A DNA stretch of 64,000 bases from a virus. The notes under the pieces were generated by a model. That model worked only from the letters and a program-made list of their open reading frames with translations, was not told the origin of the DNA and ran no database searches. Location of the stretch: IMG/VR virus record IMGVR_UViG_3300029774_000001; one strand, written 5' to 3'. The translations under genes and the position numbers were made by a program. Each line of letters begins with the position of its first letter. Position 1 is the stretch's first letter. This document shows, piece after piece, positions 1 to 8,334 of the stretch.

Positions 1-2
1 AT

Positions 3-563
3 ATTAGAAATGCGTCCGGTATGTTTCGGAATAGTGGTTTGACTACTATAACATCATCCTTGTTTTCTGATTCTTCGCAATGTAGTTCTTACACATATTG
101 CTTCAGTGGTTGCAGGAATCTGAGGACGGCAGGTTCGCAGGGCAATCCTATCACACCGCCCGAACATTCGGTGACGGTAAATATTAATAGTATGTTTGAG
201 AATTGTTCTAATTTGTCGACAACCGAATATGCTTTCGGTGATGTGACTGTAAATAAACCTGGACCTACCGGAACAGATAATAGTTATATAGAATCGGGGG
301 TACTAAAACATATGAATAGTTGCACGGACGCATTCAGCGGTTGCTCAAATATGACGTCTCAACCGAGATGGGAATGTATAGTGGCCGGAGTAAAATTACC
401 GACAGTTTATATGCCTTTGTTCTTCTATTTTGAAAAACTATTCCAACCGTATCGATTCGGTTTTCCGGATGTTGACAGTCTCCCTAAAAGCGGATGTTTC
501 AGAGGATGTACAAGGATGTATAATTACGCAGATTTCAACAGAAATTATCCAGAATGGTTCTAA
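3..563 (+). CDS. C-terminal part of a virion (tail/receptor-binding?) protein; 5' end lies outside the window
   Basis: The frame is open to the window edge, with no stop upstream of the ATG at 21. Repeated Cys-containing motifs (CFSGCRNL, MFENCSNL, DAFSGCSNM, GCFRGCTRM) are reminiscent of BspA-type leucine-rich repeats. Confidence 0.45.
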   Translation: MRNASGMFRNSGLTTITSSLFSDSSQCSSYTYCFSGCRNLRTAGSQGNPITPPEHSVTVNINSMFENCSNLSTTEYAFGDVTVNKPGPTGTDNSYIESGVLKHMNSCTDAFSGCSNMTSQPRWECIVAGVKLPTVYMPLFFYFEKLFQPYRFGFPDVDSLPKSGCFRGCTRMYNYADFNRNYPEWF

Positions 564-589
564 TTTTGTAAATAAAAATTTATAAATAT

Positions 590-1426
590 ATGGCGCAGAT
601 AAATGTTAACAGAAACACTTTTTTAGAAAAAGAAGAAGTGATGAATATGCAGTCTTTCCTACAGAACTCTTTGCTTGGAAAGATTCTTATTGCCGGAAGT
701 TATACATTCGGCATAGTGACAAACAACCCTACAAAATTCAAGTCCGACTTTGAGACTGTGGACACCTTTATAGACAACAAGGCGTTCGAGGTGCAGCAGG
801 GAACACAGGGAGGAACGGTAAGGATATTGCCGGGTATGGCGGTAAACTCATTGGGGCAAGTAATAAACATTGTCAACATATACGATAACTTTGCCATCCC
901 GGCAGACAGCGTGTATTACTGGCTAAAAATCGGGTATTCGACAAAGAATTACGAAAACGGATATGTGAGTATCAACCAGAAGGGTGTAGTGACCGGAACC
1001 GTGGATTTTTCCGGTAAGGTGAGAGGACAGGCAGGGAAAACCCCGGTAGCGATAAAGTTTTTGAAGGACGACGGTTCACAGCCCCTAAATAATGGTGTAT
1101 ATGAGATAGTCAATATAATAGATAACAAGAATATTGTATTAACGTCCGAATCCGATTTTGTTGCGGAAACAAATTTGCAAGTCGTGATACTGGGAACGGT
1201 ACCTCTTGGAAAGGTATTCACGGACGCACAAATGGAAGGGCTTTACACCTATGATTGGTTTACGTTGGGGCTGACACAGGAAGTGACCTTGGAACAGCCG
1301 CCTACCAAGTCGGTAAACGAGTTTTACATAGCAAGAGTGAGAAACAACGGTGGTACGGTCACGATTGACAATACGGCAAAAACGGAATATTGGTCTTTGG
1401 CAGGCATGCCGAAACCGAAAGAATAA
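590..1426 (+). CDS. hypothetical protein, probable virion structural protein
   Basis: 278-aa ORF in the track with no enzymatic motif. It is placed between two other non-enzymatic ORFs at the end of a structural block. Confidence 0.55.
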   Translation: MAQINVNRNTFLEKEEVMNMQSFLQNSLLGKILIAGSYTFGIVTNNPTKFKSDFETVDTFIDNKAFEVQQGTQGGTVRILPGMAVNSLGQVINIVNIYDNFAIPADSVYYWLKIGYSTKNYENGYVSINQKGVVTGTVDFSGKVRGQAGKTPVAIKFLKDDGSQPLNNGVYEIVNIIDNKNIVLTSESDFVAETNLQVVILGTVPLGKVFTDAQMEGLYTYDWFTLGLTQEVTLEQPPTKSVNEFYIARVRNNGGTVTIDNTAKTEYWSLAGMPKPKE

Positions 1427-1440
1427 GAAAGGAGGAGAAA

Positions 1441-2001
1441 ATGAAATTATTATATACAGTAAGTTCCGGATATATGGCAGAACAGCAGAATGTTTCTTAT
1501 TCGTTGGGTGGCTTTGCATCTTCCACGACAATACCTAACGACATGTTCGGTAATTTGTTTGATGAATTGAGTGTAAACACGATAAGAAATGCGAGAAACG
1601 AATACCGGGCTATAGTGCTGCACAATGACAGCCAGGAGGTGGCAAAAGGGGTGAAGATATGGTTCGAGAATCCGGAAACAAATGTGTGTTCGTTTAAGGT
1701 AGGTGCCGTGGGAATGATGGAAGGTGCAGACGGAAGCCGATATATGGGCAGTGCACCTAATATATATAGCAGACCCTATACAGTCCAGTTTTATGAGGCT
1801 ACAGAGGAAAACCCGGTGTCTATCGGGGATATGCAGCCAGACCAGATGATAGGTATATGGGTGGAAAGGAGTATAGATAAAGAAAAGGCTTTGGAAGAGT
1901 ATAACAACGTGGCTGAGAGGGATTTAACAACCGAAACGAGATATAAGCCTATTCAGAAGGAAACACAAGAAATGTTAAATATGCAATTTTATTGGGAATA
2001 A
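1441..2001 (+). CDS. hypothetical protein, probable virion structural protein
   Basis: Track ORF 1390..2001. The start is moved to ATG 1441, which follows 'aggaggagaaa' and lies just after the stop of the upstream ORF. Confidence 0.55.
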   Translation: MKLLYTVSSGYMAEQQNVSYSLGGFASSTTIPNDMFGNLFDELSVNTIRNARNEYRAIVLHNDSQEVAKGVKIWFENPETNVCSFKVGAVGMMEGADGSRYMGSAPNIYSRPYTVQFYEATEENPVSIGDMQPDQMIGIWVERSIDKEKALEEYNNVAERDLTTETRYKPIQKETQEMLNMQFYWE

Positions 2002-2036
2002 GCTATTGCGTATGTCATAAACAAATATTATCTTTG
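2001..2036 (+). promoter_or_regulatory. promoter cassette copy 1 (partial: right palindrome arm plus -7 box)
   Basis: 'ttgcgtatgtc' at 2006..2016, then 12 nt, then TAtcTTTG at 2029..2036. The spacing is the same as in the seven full copies. A downstream hairpin aagggag/ctccctt lies around 2050-2072. Confidence 0.55.
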
Positions 2037-2110
2037 TGGTGTGATTGATAAGGGAGTGTTAAGCCTCCCTTTCTTAATCGGGTTAGACATAAACAAATAT
2101 TATCTCGAAT

Positions 2111-2407
2111 ATGAACAATATTGTAGAACTTAACGGATTGCAGGGTGTAAAGAGTGAAAAGGTTTACGCCTATTTTTCAACCGAACCGAAAGAGGTGCAG
2201 AATGCCCTGGAGCTTGGAATAGCATGTACCGGGGCTGATGATAACGGGGCGTACAACATTTATTTTGACGATGAAGAAAACATATGCTGTGAATACATGC
2301 AGCGTTGTGTCACGAAGGAGTTTAAAAAGGTGGAAACAATAGAAGAAGCTGTGTTGTGGATGGAGGGTTATTTTAATATAAAGGGTTATGACAGAAAAGA
2401 TTATTAA
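2111..2407 (+). CDS. hypothetical protein
   Basis: 98-aa ORF; the first gene downstream of cassette copy 1. Confidence 0.6.
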   Translation: MNNIVELNGLQGVKSEKVYAYFSTEPKEVQNALELGIACTGADDNGAYNIYFDDEENICCEYMQRCVTKEFKKVETIEEAVLWMEGYFNIKGYDRKDY

Positions 2408-2654
2408 AAAGGAAGATGTAGAATACAAGCTGACATGTAGTTTGTTTATGGAATGGAACCGTCCGGCAAAGTATAGATTTAAACTACAGCAAAGAGAGTG
2501 CGGAAAAAGGAAATGGTTGGATTTAAAAGGAGAGGAATGCTTGGTATATACAGAGAAAGATATTGTTTTGCAGTATGTGAGTAAAGAAGATGTGTTAGAG
2601 CTTGCTTTTGAGGAATACAAGAAATACTACCCTAATAATGAAATGCTGAAATGA
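2388..2654 (+). CDS. hypothetical protein
   Basis: 88-aa ORF overlapping its upstream neighbour by 20 nt. Confidence 0.55.
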   Translation: MTEKIIKKEDVEYKLTCSLFMEWNRPAKYRFKLQQRECGKRKWLDLKGEECLVYTEKDIVLQYVSKEDVLELAFEEYKKYYPNNEMLK

Positions 2655-2812
2655 AGACATTAATTTTTGATGTGATGCTGAATGAGCAATATATACACAC
2701 GTTCAAATATAAATACAATCCTCTGTTTCCTATTGAGGAGGAAGAGTTAAGGAAGTTTGTGGAAGAGAGATTGCCGACATTGAAAGGGAAGAAATTCAAG
2801 ATTTTGTTTTAG
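2651..2812 (+). CDS. hypothetical small protein (53 aa)
   Basis: Hand-translated (MKTLIFDVML...KFKILF); below the track cut-off. ATGA overlap with the upstream stop. Confidence 0.45.
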   Translation: MKTLIFDVMLNEQYIHTFKYKYNPLFPIEEEELRKFVEERLPTLKGKKFKILF

Positions 2813-2815
2813 GGT

Positions 2816-2980
2816 ATGAATCTGAATGCTATCATAAAGAAATGGTTCTGTCGCCATGAATGGGAGCTGATGTATGAGAGAAAGGTTACGGCATGGGATG
2901 AGTTAGGATGTAATAAATATATTGCCAGATATTACGTCTGCAAGAAATGTGGCAGATACAAGAAAACCAAAAGTTATTGA
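2816..2980 (+). CDS. hypothetical small Cys-pair protein (54 aa)
   Basis: Hand-translated (MNLNAIIKKWFCRHEW...VCKKCGRYKKTKSY). It carries C-x-H ... C-x-x-C pairs and fills the gap between neighbouring ORFs exactly. Confidence 0.45.
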   Translation: MNLNAIIKKWFCRHEWELMYERKVTAWDELGCNKYIARYYVCKKCGRYKKTKSY

Positions 2981-2981
2981 T

Positions 2982-3224
2982 ATGAAACAGACAGTAGAAA
3001 AGGCGTCAATAGAATATGCTGAATCGGTTATTCGTTCATTTGGAACATGTGGGGTACCGAATGGAATTTCTGACATCAAGGAAATGATTGCTAATGGTTT
3101 TAATAGTGGTGCTGAATGGCAGAAGGAGAAAGCTATTGAAGCTTTGTCTTCTGTACTGGAGGACTGGGTACATGGTGGTGATGCAGACTGTATAATTGCA
3201 GAATTTGAAGAAAAATTGAAATAA
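2982..3224 (+). CDS. hypothetical protein
   Basis: Track ORF 2922..3224 starts at TTG inside the previous small ORF. ATG 2982 follows that ORF's stop by 1 nt. Confidence 0.55.
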   Translation: MKQTVEKASIEYAESVIRSFGTCGVPNGISDIKEMIANGFNSGAEWQKEKAIEALSSVLEDWVHGGDADCIIAEFEEKLK

Positions 3225-3225
3225 A

Positions 3226-3480
3226 ATGGATGAAAGGAAAATTCTTTTGTTTAAGAAGGGGTGTTATGATGTTGGAACACGTTTTTCTTTTATTGTAAAT
3301 GGTAAGATTATCGAAACAGTCATAATTGATGTAATGATTGATTATCATAAAAGCATCAATTATGAAAAGCATTCTGTAAGGTATCATTTTTGCACTATGG
3401 ATAAACATACATTCGATGAATTTTCGGAAAGAGAATTAGAAGATATGATACATAGAGGGATTGTTTTATATATTGAGTAA
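3226..3480 (+). CDS. hypothetical protein
   Basis: 84-aa ORF starting 1 nt after the upstream stop. Confidence 0.55.
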   Translation: MDERKILLFKKGCYDVGTRFSFIVNGKIIETVIIDVMIDYHKSINYEKHSVRYHFCTMDKHTFDEFSERELEDMIHRGIVLYIE

Positions 3481-3491
3481 TTGAAAAAGCC

Positions 3492-3752
3492 ATGAAAGGA
3501 AATATATTTGACAAAATAAGAAAAGCATCTAATAAATACATAGAGTATATGGTTGCTTGTGACTGTGTAGCCAAAGAAGCACAAAAACATATAGATTGGG
3601 ACAATAATGTTTCGTGTGAATATTATCCCGGTGATGGAATATGTATAATGATAGACGAGCATGTTTGTTATGCTAATACATTCTTTGACTTGGTAGAAGA
3701 ATCAGAAAACGGTATGCTTGATAGGGGAACTTTTATGAGAAATTGTATTTGA
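3492..3752 (+). CDS. hypothetical protein
   Basis: 86-aa ORF in the co-directional array. Confidence 0.55.
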   Translation: MKGNIFDKIRKASNKYIEYMVACDCVAKEAQKHIDWDNNVSCEYYPGDGICIMIDEHVCYANTFFDLVEESENGMLDRGTFMRNCI

Positions 3753-3753
3753 C

Positions 3754-3927
3754 ATGGAAAGATATAGGATTGTGAAAGAAATAGGGTATAGCGGCTGTAT
3801 TCCGATAGTCGTGTATTGCGTACAAGTCAGAAAAGACAAACGTCTTTCGTCTGAATGGGTGAATGTAAAGGGGTTTGATACCTATAGGAAAGCAAGAGAG
3901 TTGTTGTTTGTTTTAAACGGTGATTGA
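3754..3927 (+). CDS. hypothetical small protein (57 aa)
   Basis: Hand-translated (MERYRIVKEIGYSGC...LLFVLNGD). It fills the gap between flanking ORFs. Confidence 0.45.
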   Translation: MERYRIVKEIGYSGCIPIVVYCVQVRKDKRLSSEWVNVKGFDTYRKARELLFVLNGD

Positions 3928-3928
3928 T

Positions 3929-4234
3929 ATGGAAATAGTTCCCGATTTGATAAAAAGTAATCTATCTAAAAACCAGGTAGAATATATTCAAAAGAAACAG
4001 CATGAATATAAATTGACGAACAAGAAGAGGAGGGTTCCGGGACATATTTTATTTTCATTCAATCTGAAAACGAAAGAGATAAAGAGAGCTTCTATTACCA
4101 AAGAAGTTTCAATTGGATTAAACGGGAAACCTATAATGAAAACTAAAATAGCTATTGAGCCGGATTGCTATTACGAACAAGCTTTGAATGAAAAGAATTT
4201 TAGAAAAAGATTAAAGAGGATTGGGTTAATATGA
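3929..4234 (+). CDS. hypothetical protein
   Basis: Track ORF 3920..4234 (GTG start). ATG 3929 lies directly after the upstream stop. Confidence 0.55.
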   Translation: MEIVPDLIKSNLSKNQVEYIQKKQHEYKLTNKKRRVPGHILFSFNLKTKEIKRASITKEVSIGLNGKPIMKTKIAIEPDCYYEQALNEKNFRKRLKRIGLI

Positions 4235-4422
4235 AAACAATTAAGATTTCAAATTTACAAGAAGGGGATTTGTTCATATATAAAGGCGTAATGTATGAAA
4301 TTGTACATAAGGACAAATGGGAAACCTATTGTAAATATGTCAATAATAAAAGTCGTTTGGGATGGTTTTCAAGCGAATATTTTTATTGTAAATTTAGTAA
4401 TTATACAAAAGTAGAGGTTTAA
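4231..4422 (+). CDS. hypothetical protein
   Basis: 63-aa ORF with an ATGA overlap. Confidence 0.5.
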   Translation: MKTIKISNLQEGDLFIYKGVMYEIVHKDKWETYCKYVNNKSRLGWFSSEYFYCKFSNYTKVEV

Positions 4423-4427
4423 GCATT

Positions 4428-4724
4428 ATGAGTAAATATAGATATAGAGAAGTGAAGAATTATATCCACAACGAACTAAAGTTGACTAAAGAGGATATAA
4501 AGGAAATTATGGTTCCAATTGTGAAAGAGGAGGTTAAACGTATCTTTCAAAACACATATGGAAACGACGTTGATATAGAGAGGTGGGTTCGTTGTATGGT
4601 TTCCAACGAGATACAAAGACATGGTGATTACTCTATGATAAGGAATTTGTGCAGGGAGATAATTAAGGAGGAAATTACCGATAGGTTGTCAATTGATATA
4701 AGCCTTAAAAAGAAAGAGGGGTAA
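4428..4724 (+). CDS. hypothetical protein
   Basis: 98-aa ORF. Confidence 0.55.
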   Translation: MSKYRYREVKNYIHNELKLTKEDIKEIMVPIVKEEVKRIFQNTYGNDVDIERWVRCMVSNEIQRHGDYSMIRNLCREIIKEEITDRLSIDISLKKKEG

Positions 4725-4727
4725 AAT

Positions 4728-4919
4728 ATGCAGAATGAAATTTCTTGGAATGAAAATACTCGTTATGAGATTTATAATCCATATAGTGATATTTCTCCTT
4801 TAGAACCGTGTGATGTACCCAAAATGAGAAAATATCGCCTAAAAGATGATAGGTGTACAAACAAACAAATTGCGAAACGCAGGAAGAGGAATAAGAACCG
4901 TAAAACACATAGGAAATGA
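4728..4919 (+). CDS. hypothetical basic protein
   Basis: 63-aa ORF with a very basic C-terminus (KRRKRNKNRKTHRK). Confidence 0.5.
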   Translation: MQNEISWNENTRYEIYNPYSDISPLEPCDVPKMRKYRLKDDRCTNKQIAKRRKRNKNRKTHRK

Positions 4920-5113
4920 GTAGGTTTGAGAAAGAAATACTTCCTTTCATGGAAGAGGAAATTATGCGAAAACTCCGTACATACAATGTGTACAGTACAA
5001 AGGAGTATGAGGACATACGGAAGGCGGTAAGGTATTCAATAAGGTTTTGCAAGAAAAATAAAATAGTTCGATGTGAAGATAAAAATTTAAACAAAGAAAG
5101 GGACAAGAAATGA
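4916..5113 (+). CDS. hypothetical protein
   Basis: 65-aa ORF with ATGA overlaps at both ends. Confidence 0.5.
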   Translation: MSRFEKEILPFMEEEIMRKLRTYNVYSTKEYEDIRKAVRYSIRFCKKNKIVRCEDKNLNKERDKK

Positions 5114-5637
5114 AAAAGTACAAGGTTTTATTTTGTGATATGGACGGCACGTTAATAGAAACTGCAAGTGGTGAGACGTTTCCAAAGGGGATATGGGACA
5201 TGAAATTTAAGTTTGATGTCCTGGATGCAATAAAGAATTTGAATCCCGAAGAAATTTTTATCGTGACAAACCAGGGAGGGATAGAAAAAGGGTTGGTTCC
5301 AGAATCATTTATTTATGTAAAATATGAGTACGTGAGTTACAGTATAATGGATTATTGCGACATTGATACGCGTTTTAAGTATTGCGGAAGCAATGACAGA
5401 AGCAACCCTATGAGAAAGCCAAATACCGGAATGCTTGAAGAACTTTTTGATAATTACAATACATGGAAAGATTTCAGTTTGGAGGTAGAAGATTGTTTAA
5501 TGATTGGTGATGCAAGCGGCCTCGAAGGGCAGTTTTCAGACAGTGACAAGAAAACAGCCGAGAATTTTGGCATAGACTATATGGATGTCAGCGAGTTCGT
5601 AAATGTTTACGGGAAAGGGTGTGATTATGGGATTTAA
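5110..5637 (+). CDS. HAD-superfamily phosphatase (HisB-N/GmhB/polynucleotide 3'-phosphatase-like)
   Basis: Motif I 'FCDMDGTLIE' (DxDGT), motif II 'IVTNQGGI', 'RKPNTGML', and motif IV 'MIGDASG'. Confidence 0.75.
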   Translation: MKKYKVLFCDMDGTLIETASGETFPKGIWDMKFKFDVLDAIKNLNPEEIFIVTNQGGIEKGLVPESFIYVKYEYVSYSIMDYCDIDTRFKYCGSNDRSNPMRKPNTGMLEELFDNYNTWKDFSLEVEDCLMIGDASGLEGQFSDSDKKTAENFGIDYMDVSEFVNVYGKGCDYGI

Positions 5638-5824
5638 TAGAGGAACAAAGTTAGGCGCAGAAAACAGAAAAGGGCATAGATGGATAAACAACCCCAACAA
5701 TGCGCATAGAAAGTGTACGAAGTGCGGCTGTATGGTCGATGTGATTTCCTCAAAAGGAGAAAGTATCTATACATACACAGATACTAAAGGTAACAAATCG
5801 GCTGAATGCCCTAATTGTATTTGA
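5627..5824 (+). CDS. hypothetical zinc-ribbon protein
   Basis: Track ORF 5603..5824 with the start moved to ATG 5627. Carries 'CTKCGC ... CPNC' Cys pairs. Confidence 0.5.
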   Translation: MGFNRGTKLGAENRKGHRWINNPNNAHRKCTKCGCMVDVISSKGESIYTYTDTKGNKSAECPNCI

Positions 5825-5826
5825 TT

Positions 5827-6036
5827 ATGGAAGTAAAGAACGGAATAATAATAGATGGAGTGCTGCATGAAGCTGCGAATTATCCAAATGACTATGAATG
5901 TACTATATGTTCTCTTCGTAAGGAATGTGATGAATTAGAGAATCGTAGTGATGAATGGATTTGCAGGCTTATTGATTGTAAGTATTTTATCAATCGTGGC
6001 AAAGTAACAGACATTAAGATAGATAAGGAGGAATAA
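5827..6036 (+). CDS. hypothetical Cys-rich protein
   Basis: Track ORF 5815..6036 (TTG start). ATG 5827 lies after the upstream stop. Contains 'CTICSLRKEC'. Confidence 0.5.
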   Translation: MEVKNGIIIDGVLHEAANYPNDYECTICSLRKECDELENRSDEWICRLIDCKYFINRGKVTDIKIDKEE

Positions 6037-6038
6037 CA

Positions 6039-6533
6039 ATGGAAAGCGATAAACTTATATTAGATGCTTGTTGTGGCAGTAGAATGTTTTGGTTTGACAA
6101 GCATAACCCTTTGGTTTTATTTGTAGACAAGCGTTCAGAAACACTTACAGCTAAGGACAAAGATAGAATCAGAACTATAGATGTAAAACCGGATGTAATA
6201 GCCGGTTTTACTAATTTGCCGTTTGAGGATAATTCTTTTTATATGGTGGTGTTTGACCCACCGCATCTAAAAACACTTGGTGAAACCTCATGGATGGCTA
6301 AGAAATACGGTAAACTGCCAAAAGATTGGAAATCACTTATACACGACGGATTTGCCGAGTGTATGCGCGTCTTGAAACCTAATGGAACGCTCATTTTCAA
6401 ATGGAACGAAAGTGAGATAAAAGCTTCAGAAGTTTTGTCCGTTATCCCTTTTAAGCCTCTATTTGGACATACCACTGGAAGGCAGAGCAAAACAATATGG
6501 ATGTGTTTTATGAAGAGAGAAGACGATGAATAA
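6039..6533 (+). CDS. small SAM-dependent methyltransferase, probable DNA N6-A/N4-C methyltransferase
   Basis: Motif I-like 'ILDACCGSRMF' and motif IV 'VVFDPPHL' ((D/N/S)PP(Y/F/H)), within a 164-aa Rossmann-sized protein. Confidence 0.6.
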   Translation: MESDKLILDACCGSRMFWFDKHNPLVLFVDKRSETLTAKDKDRIRTIDVKPDVIAGFTNLPFEDNSFYMVVFDPPHLKTLGETSWMAKKYGKLPKDWKSLIHDGFAECMRVLKPNGTLIFKWNESEIKASEVLSVIPFKPLFGHTTGRQSKTIWMCFMKREDDE

Positions 6534-6681
6534 TACAGAAGAAAAGCATTGCAGTATATGCGTGCATTATGAGATATGTGCCAATTTTCAGATGTATTGT
6601 CACGCATTGAAAAGACGCATAACGGCAAGAAAGCAGGCGAAGAACTGTAAGTATTTTGAATATAGATGGAGGAATAAATAA
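6526..6681 (+). CDS. hypothetical Cys-rich small protein (51 aa)
   Basis: Hand-translated (MNNTEEKHCSICVHYEICANFQMYCHALKRR...). Overlaps the upstream stop. Confidence 0.4.
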   Translation: MNNTEEKHCSICVHYEICANFQMYCHALKRRITARKQAKNCKYFEYRWRNK

Positions 6682-6803
6682 TGCACCAGTGTGACTATTG
6701 TTGTTGGTATAACGAAAGATACGGGAATTGCGATTGTCCGTATGCAATGAAAAAGTCGGCTTGTGATAAAGCTAAAAAGGAGAAAGAAAGGAGTGAGAAA
6801 TGA
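6681..6803 (+). CDS. hypothetical Cys-rich small protein (40 aa)
   Basis: Hand-translated (MHQCDYCCWYNERYGNCDCPYAMKKSACDK...). Abuts both neighbours. Confidence 0.35.
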   Translation: MHQCDYCCWYNERYGNCDCPYAMKKSACDKAKKEKERSEK

Positions 6804-6946
6804 AATTAAAACATCTATTAGATTGGTATAACGAAAACACACCATCAGAAGATGAAGAATACGAAAAGGGATGTCTATCTATCGCCTTGATAGTAGCAAT
6901 CATTTTCATTGCATTAACGGTTGTAATTTTATCTTACGAATTATGA
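6800..6946 (+). CDS. hypothetical small membrane protein (48 aa)
   Basis: Hand-translated, with one hydrophobic helix 'LSIALIVAIIFIALTVVILS'. ATGA overlaps at both ends. Confidence 0.4.
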   Translation: MKLKHLLDWYNENTPSEDEEYEKGCLSIALIVAIIFIALTVVILSYEL

Positions 6947-7371
6947 AATCAAAACAAGTATTATCAATAGAACAAATGAAGCACTTGCAGGAGCTTGGAT
7001 TAGATACAAGTGATGCAAGTATGTGCTGGTGTCGCGCTATCTCACATAAATCTGTAACGTGGGAGCTTGAAATCTATGAGTATGTAATAAACCAAAAACT
7101 GGATTCTAATTTTTGGGAAACAACCCCTACTTACACTTTGCAGGACATTCTGGATAAGTTACCAGAATCAGTACAGGTATATGATTTGTACATATTTAAG
7201 AAAGTAGGGTTGTGGTGGCTCAAATATGTAGACGTAACGAATAATGGAACCGTTCGTTTAGAAAAAATGCCGAAGTTGATAGATGCAGCCTATTATATGC
7301 TGTGTTGGTGCATTCAAAAGGGGTTTGTTAAAACTAATAAGGAGGTTAAAGATGGAAGAAAAGAAAATTGA
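6943..7371 (+). CDS. hypothetical protein
   Basis: Track ORF 6871..7371. The start is moved to ATG 6943 (MKSKQVL), which gives an ATGA overlap with the upstream small ORF. Confidence 0.55.
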   Translation: MKSKQVLSIEQMKHLQELGLDTSDASMCWCRAISHKSVTWELEIYEYVINQKLDSNFWETTPTYTLQDILDKLPESVQVYDLYIFKKVGLWWLKYVDVTNNGTVRLEKMPKLIDAAYYMLCWCIQKGFVKTNKEVKDGRKEN

Positions 7372-7561
7372 TTGGGAACAGAGGCGTTATGAACTGGCAA
7401 AGGCTGCAATGCAAGCTTTGATTTCAAACAGTTTCTTTATGAAAAATTTGGGTATGTATTTGGATGAACATCCAGATAAAAAGATGGATGCAATAGAAGT
7501 AGTAGCTATTGAATCAATTAATTATACTGATGTATTGATAAAGAAACTGAAAGGAGAATAA
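7352..7561 (+). CDS. hypothetical protein
   Basis: Track ORF 7283..7561. ATG 7352 (MEEKKIDW) is preceded by 'aaggaggttaaag'. Confidence 0.5.
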   Translation: MEEKKIDWEQRRYELAKAAMQALISNSFFMKNLGMYLDEHPDKKMDAIEVVAIESINYTDVLIKKLKGE

Positions 7562-7563
7562 TC

Positions 7564-8025
7564 ATGGAAGCACATGTAATGAAGCTTGAAAACAACTGTG
7601 TAATTGTTGACGAGGAATATTTTAATGAGATAAAGAAGCAGTCAGAATTTAACCAAGAAAGGATAAACGAGATTGCCGAAGAAAGGTTTTTGGAATATGT
7701 CAAAGAAAGCGGTATTGAACTTTCCTATAAAGTAAACGGAATACCTTATATGTTTCATTATGATTTGTTGAACGAAATAAATTATGAAGAGAGGGGTTAT
7801 CCAGAATCCGTATCAGAAAAGGTAAAGTATGCTATCGCAGACGATATAACCGAGGCTTTGAATGATAAGCTTAAGGGATTGAAAGACGAGGCTTTGAATT
7901 ATGCCTTAAGTGAGTTTGACAAACGGAAGCACGGTTTAGAGGCTACTGTAAAAATATGGAAATATTTCGCATTAATCTTTATCATTACGACTATTATTCT
8001 AACAATTAGATTATTTATATTGTGA
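7564..8025 (+). CDS. hypothetical protein with C-terminal transmembrane helix
   Basis: 153-aa ORF with a C-terminal 'YFALIFIITTIILTIRLFIL'. Confidence 0.55.
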   Translation: MEAHVMKLENNCVIVDEEYFNEIKKQSEFNQERINEIAEERFLEYVKESGIELSYKVNGIPYMFHYDLLNEINYEERGYPESVSEKVKYAIADDITEALNDKLKGLKDEALNYALSEFDKRKHGLEATVKIWKYFALIFIITTIILTIRLFIL

Positions 8026-8026
8026 A

Positions 8027-8143
8027 ATGATGTTAAAACAGAGACAATTTAGACATAAGCACTTGCGTATCTCATAACATAATCTTATCTTTGCATTGTG
8101 AGATTAAGAGATGAAAAGTCAAACAAATAAAAAAGATAAGGTT
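8027..8143 (+). promoter_or_regulatory. promoter/operator/leader cassette copy 2
   Basis: 'atgatgttaaaac' box; palindrome 'gacataagcacttgcgtatctc' at 8052..8073; 12-nt spacer; -7 box TAtcTTTG at 8086..8093; leader 'gtcaaacaaataaaa' at 8118..8132; ATG at 8144. Confidence 0.65.
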
Positions 8144-8308
8144 ATGAAAGCAAGATTTTTAGAAAAGTTCATTATGATGGAATTTGTGAAAGGCAATTTA
8201 AATTCACAGGAACAAGTCAATGAAATGGTTTCTTTGATACAGAGAAAGTTAGGTGTGTCAGTAGAGAATGCAAGAGAATTTTTAAGAAAAGCGGTTGGGT
8301 TGATTTAA
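8144..8308 (+). CDS. hypothetical protein
   Basis: Track ORF 8111..8308. The first 11 codons fall in the conserved non-coding leader, so ATG 8144 is preferred. Confidence 0.55.
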   Translation: MKARFLEKFIMMEFVKGNLNSQEQVNEMVSLIQRKLGVSVENAREFLRKAVGLI

Positions 8309-8334
8309 CAATAACAATTTGTTTTCTTCATATT

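Noticed and set aside
8111-8143. Conserved N-terminal peptide M(K/I)SQTNKKDKV shared by ORFs 8111 and 25126
   Set aside because: The conservation is at the nucleotide level and is shared with cassette copies where no in-frame ATG exists. It is the non-coding leader, and the real starts are 8144 and 25159.
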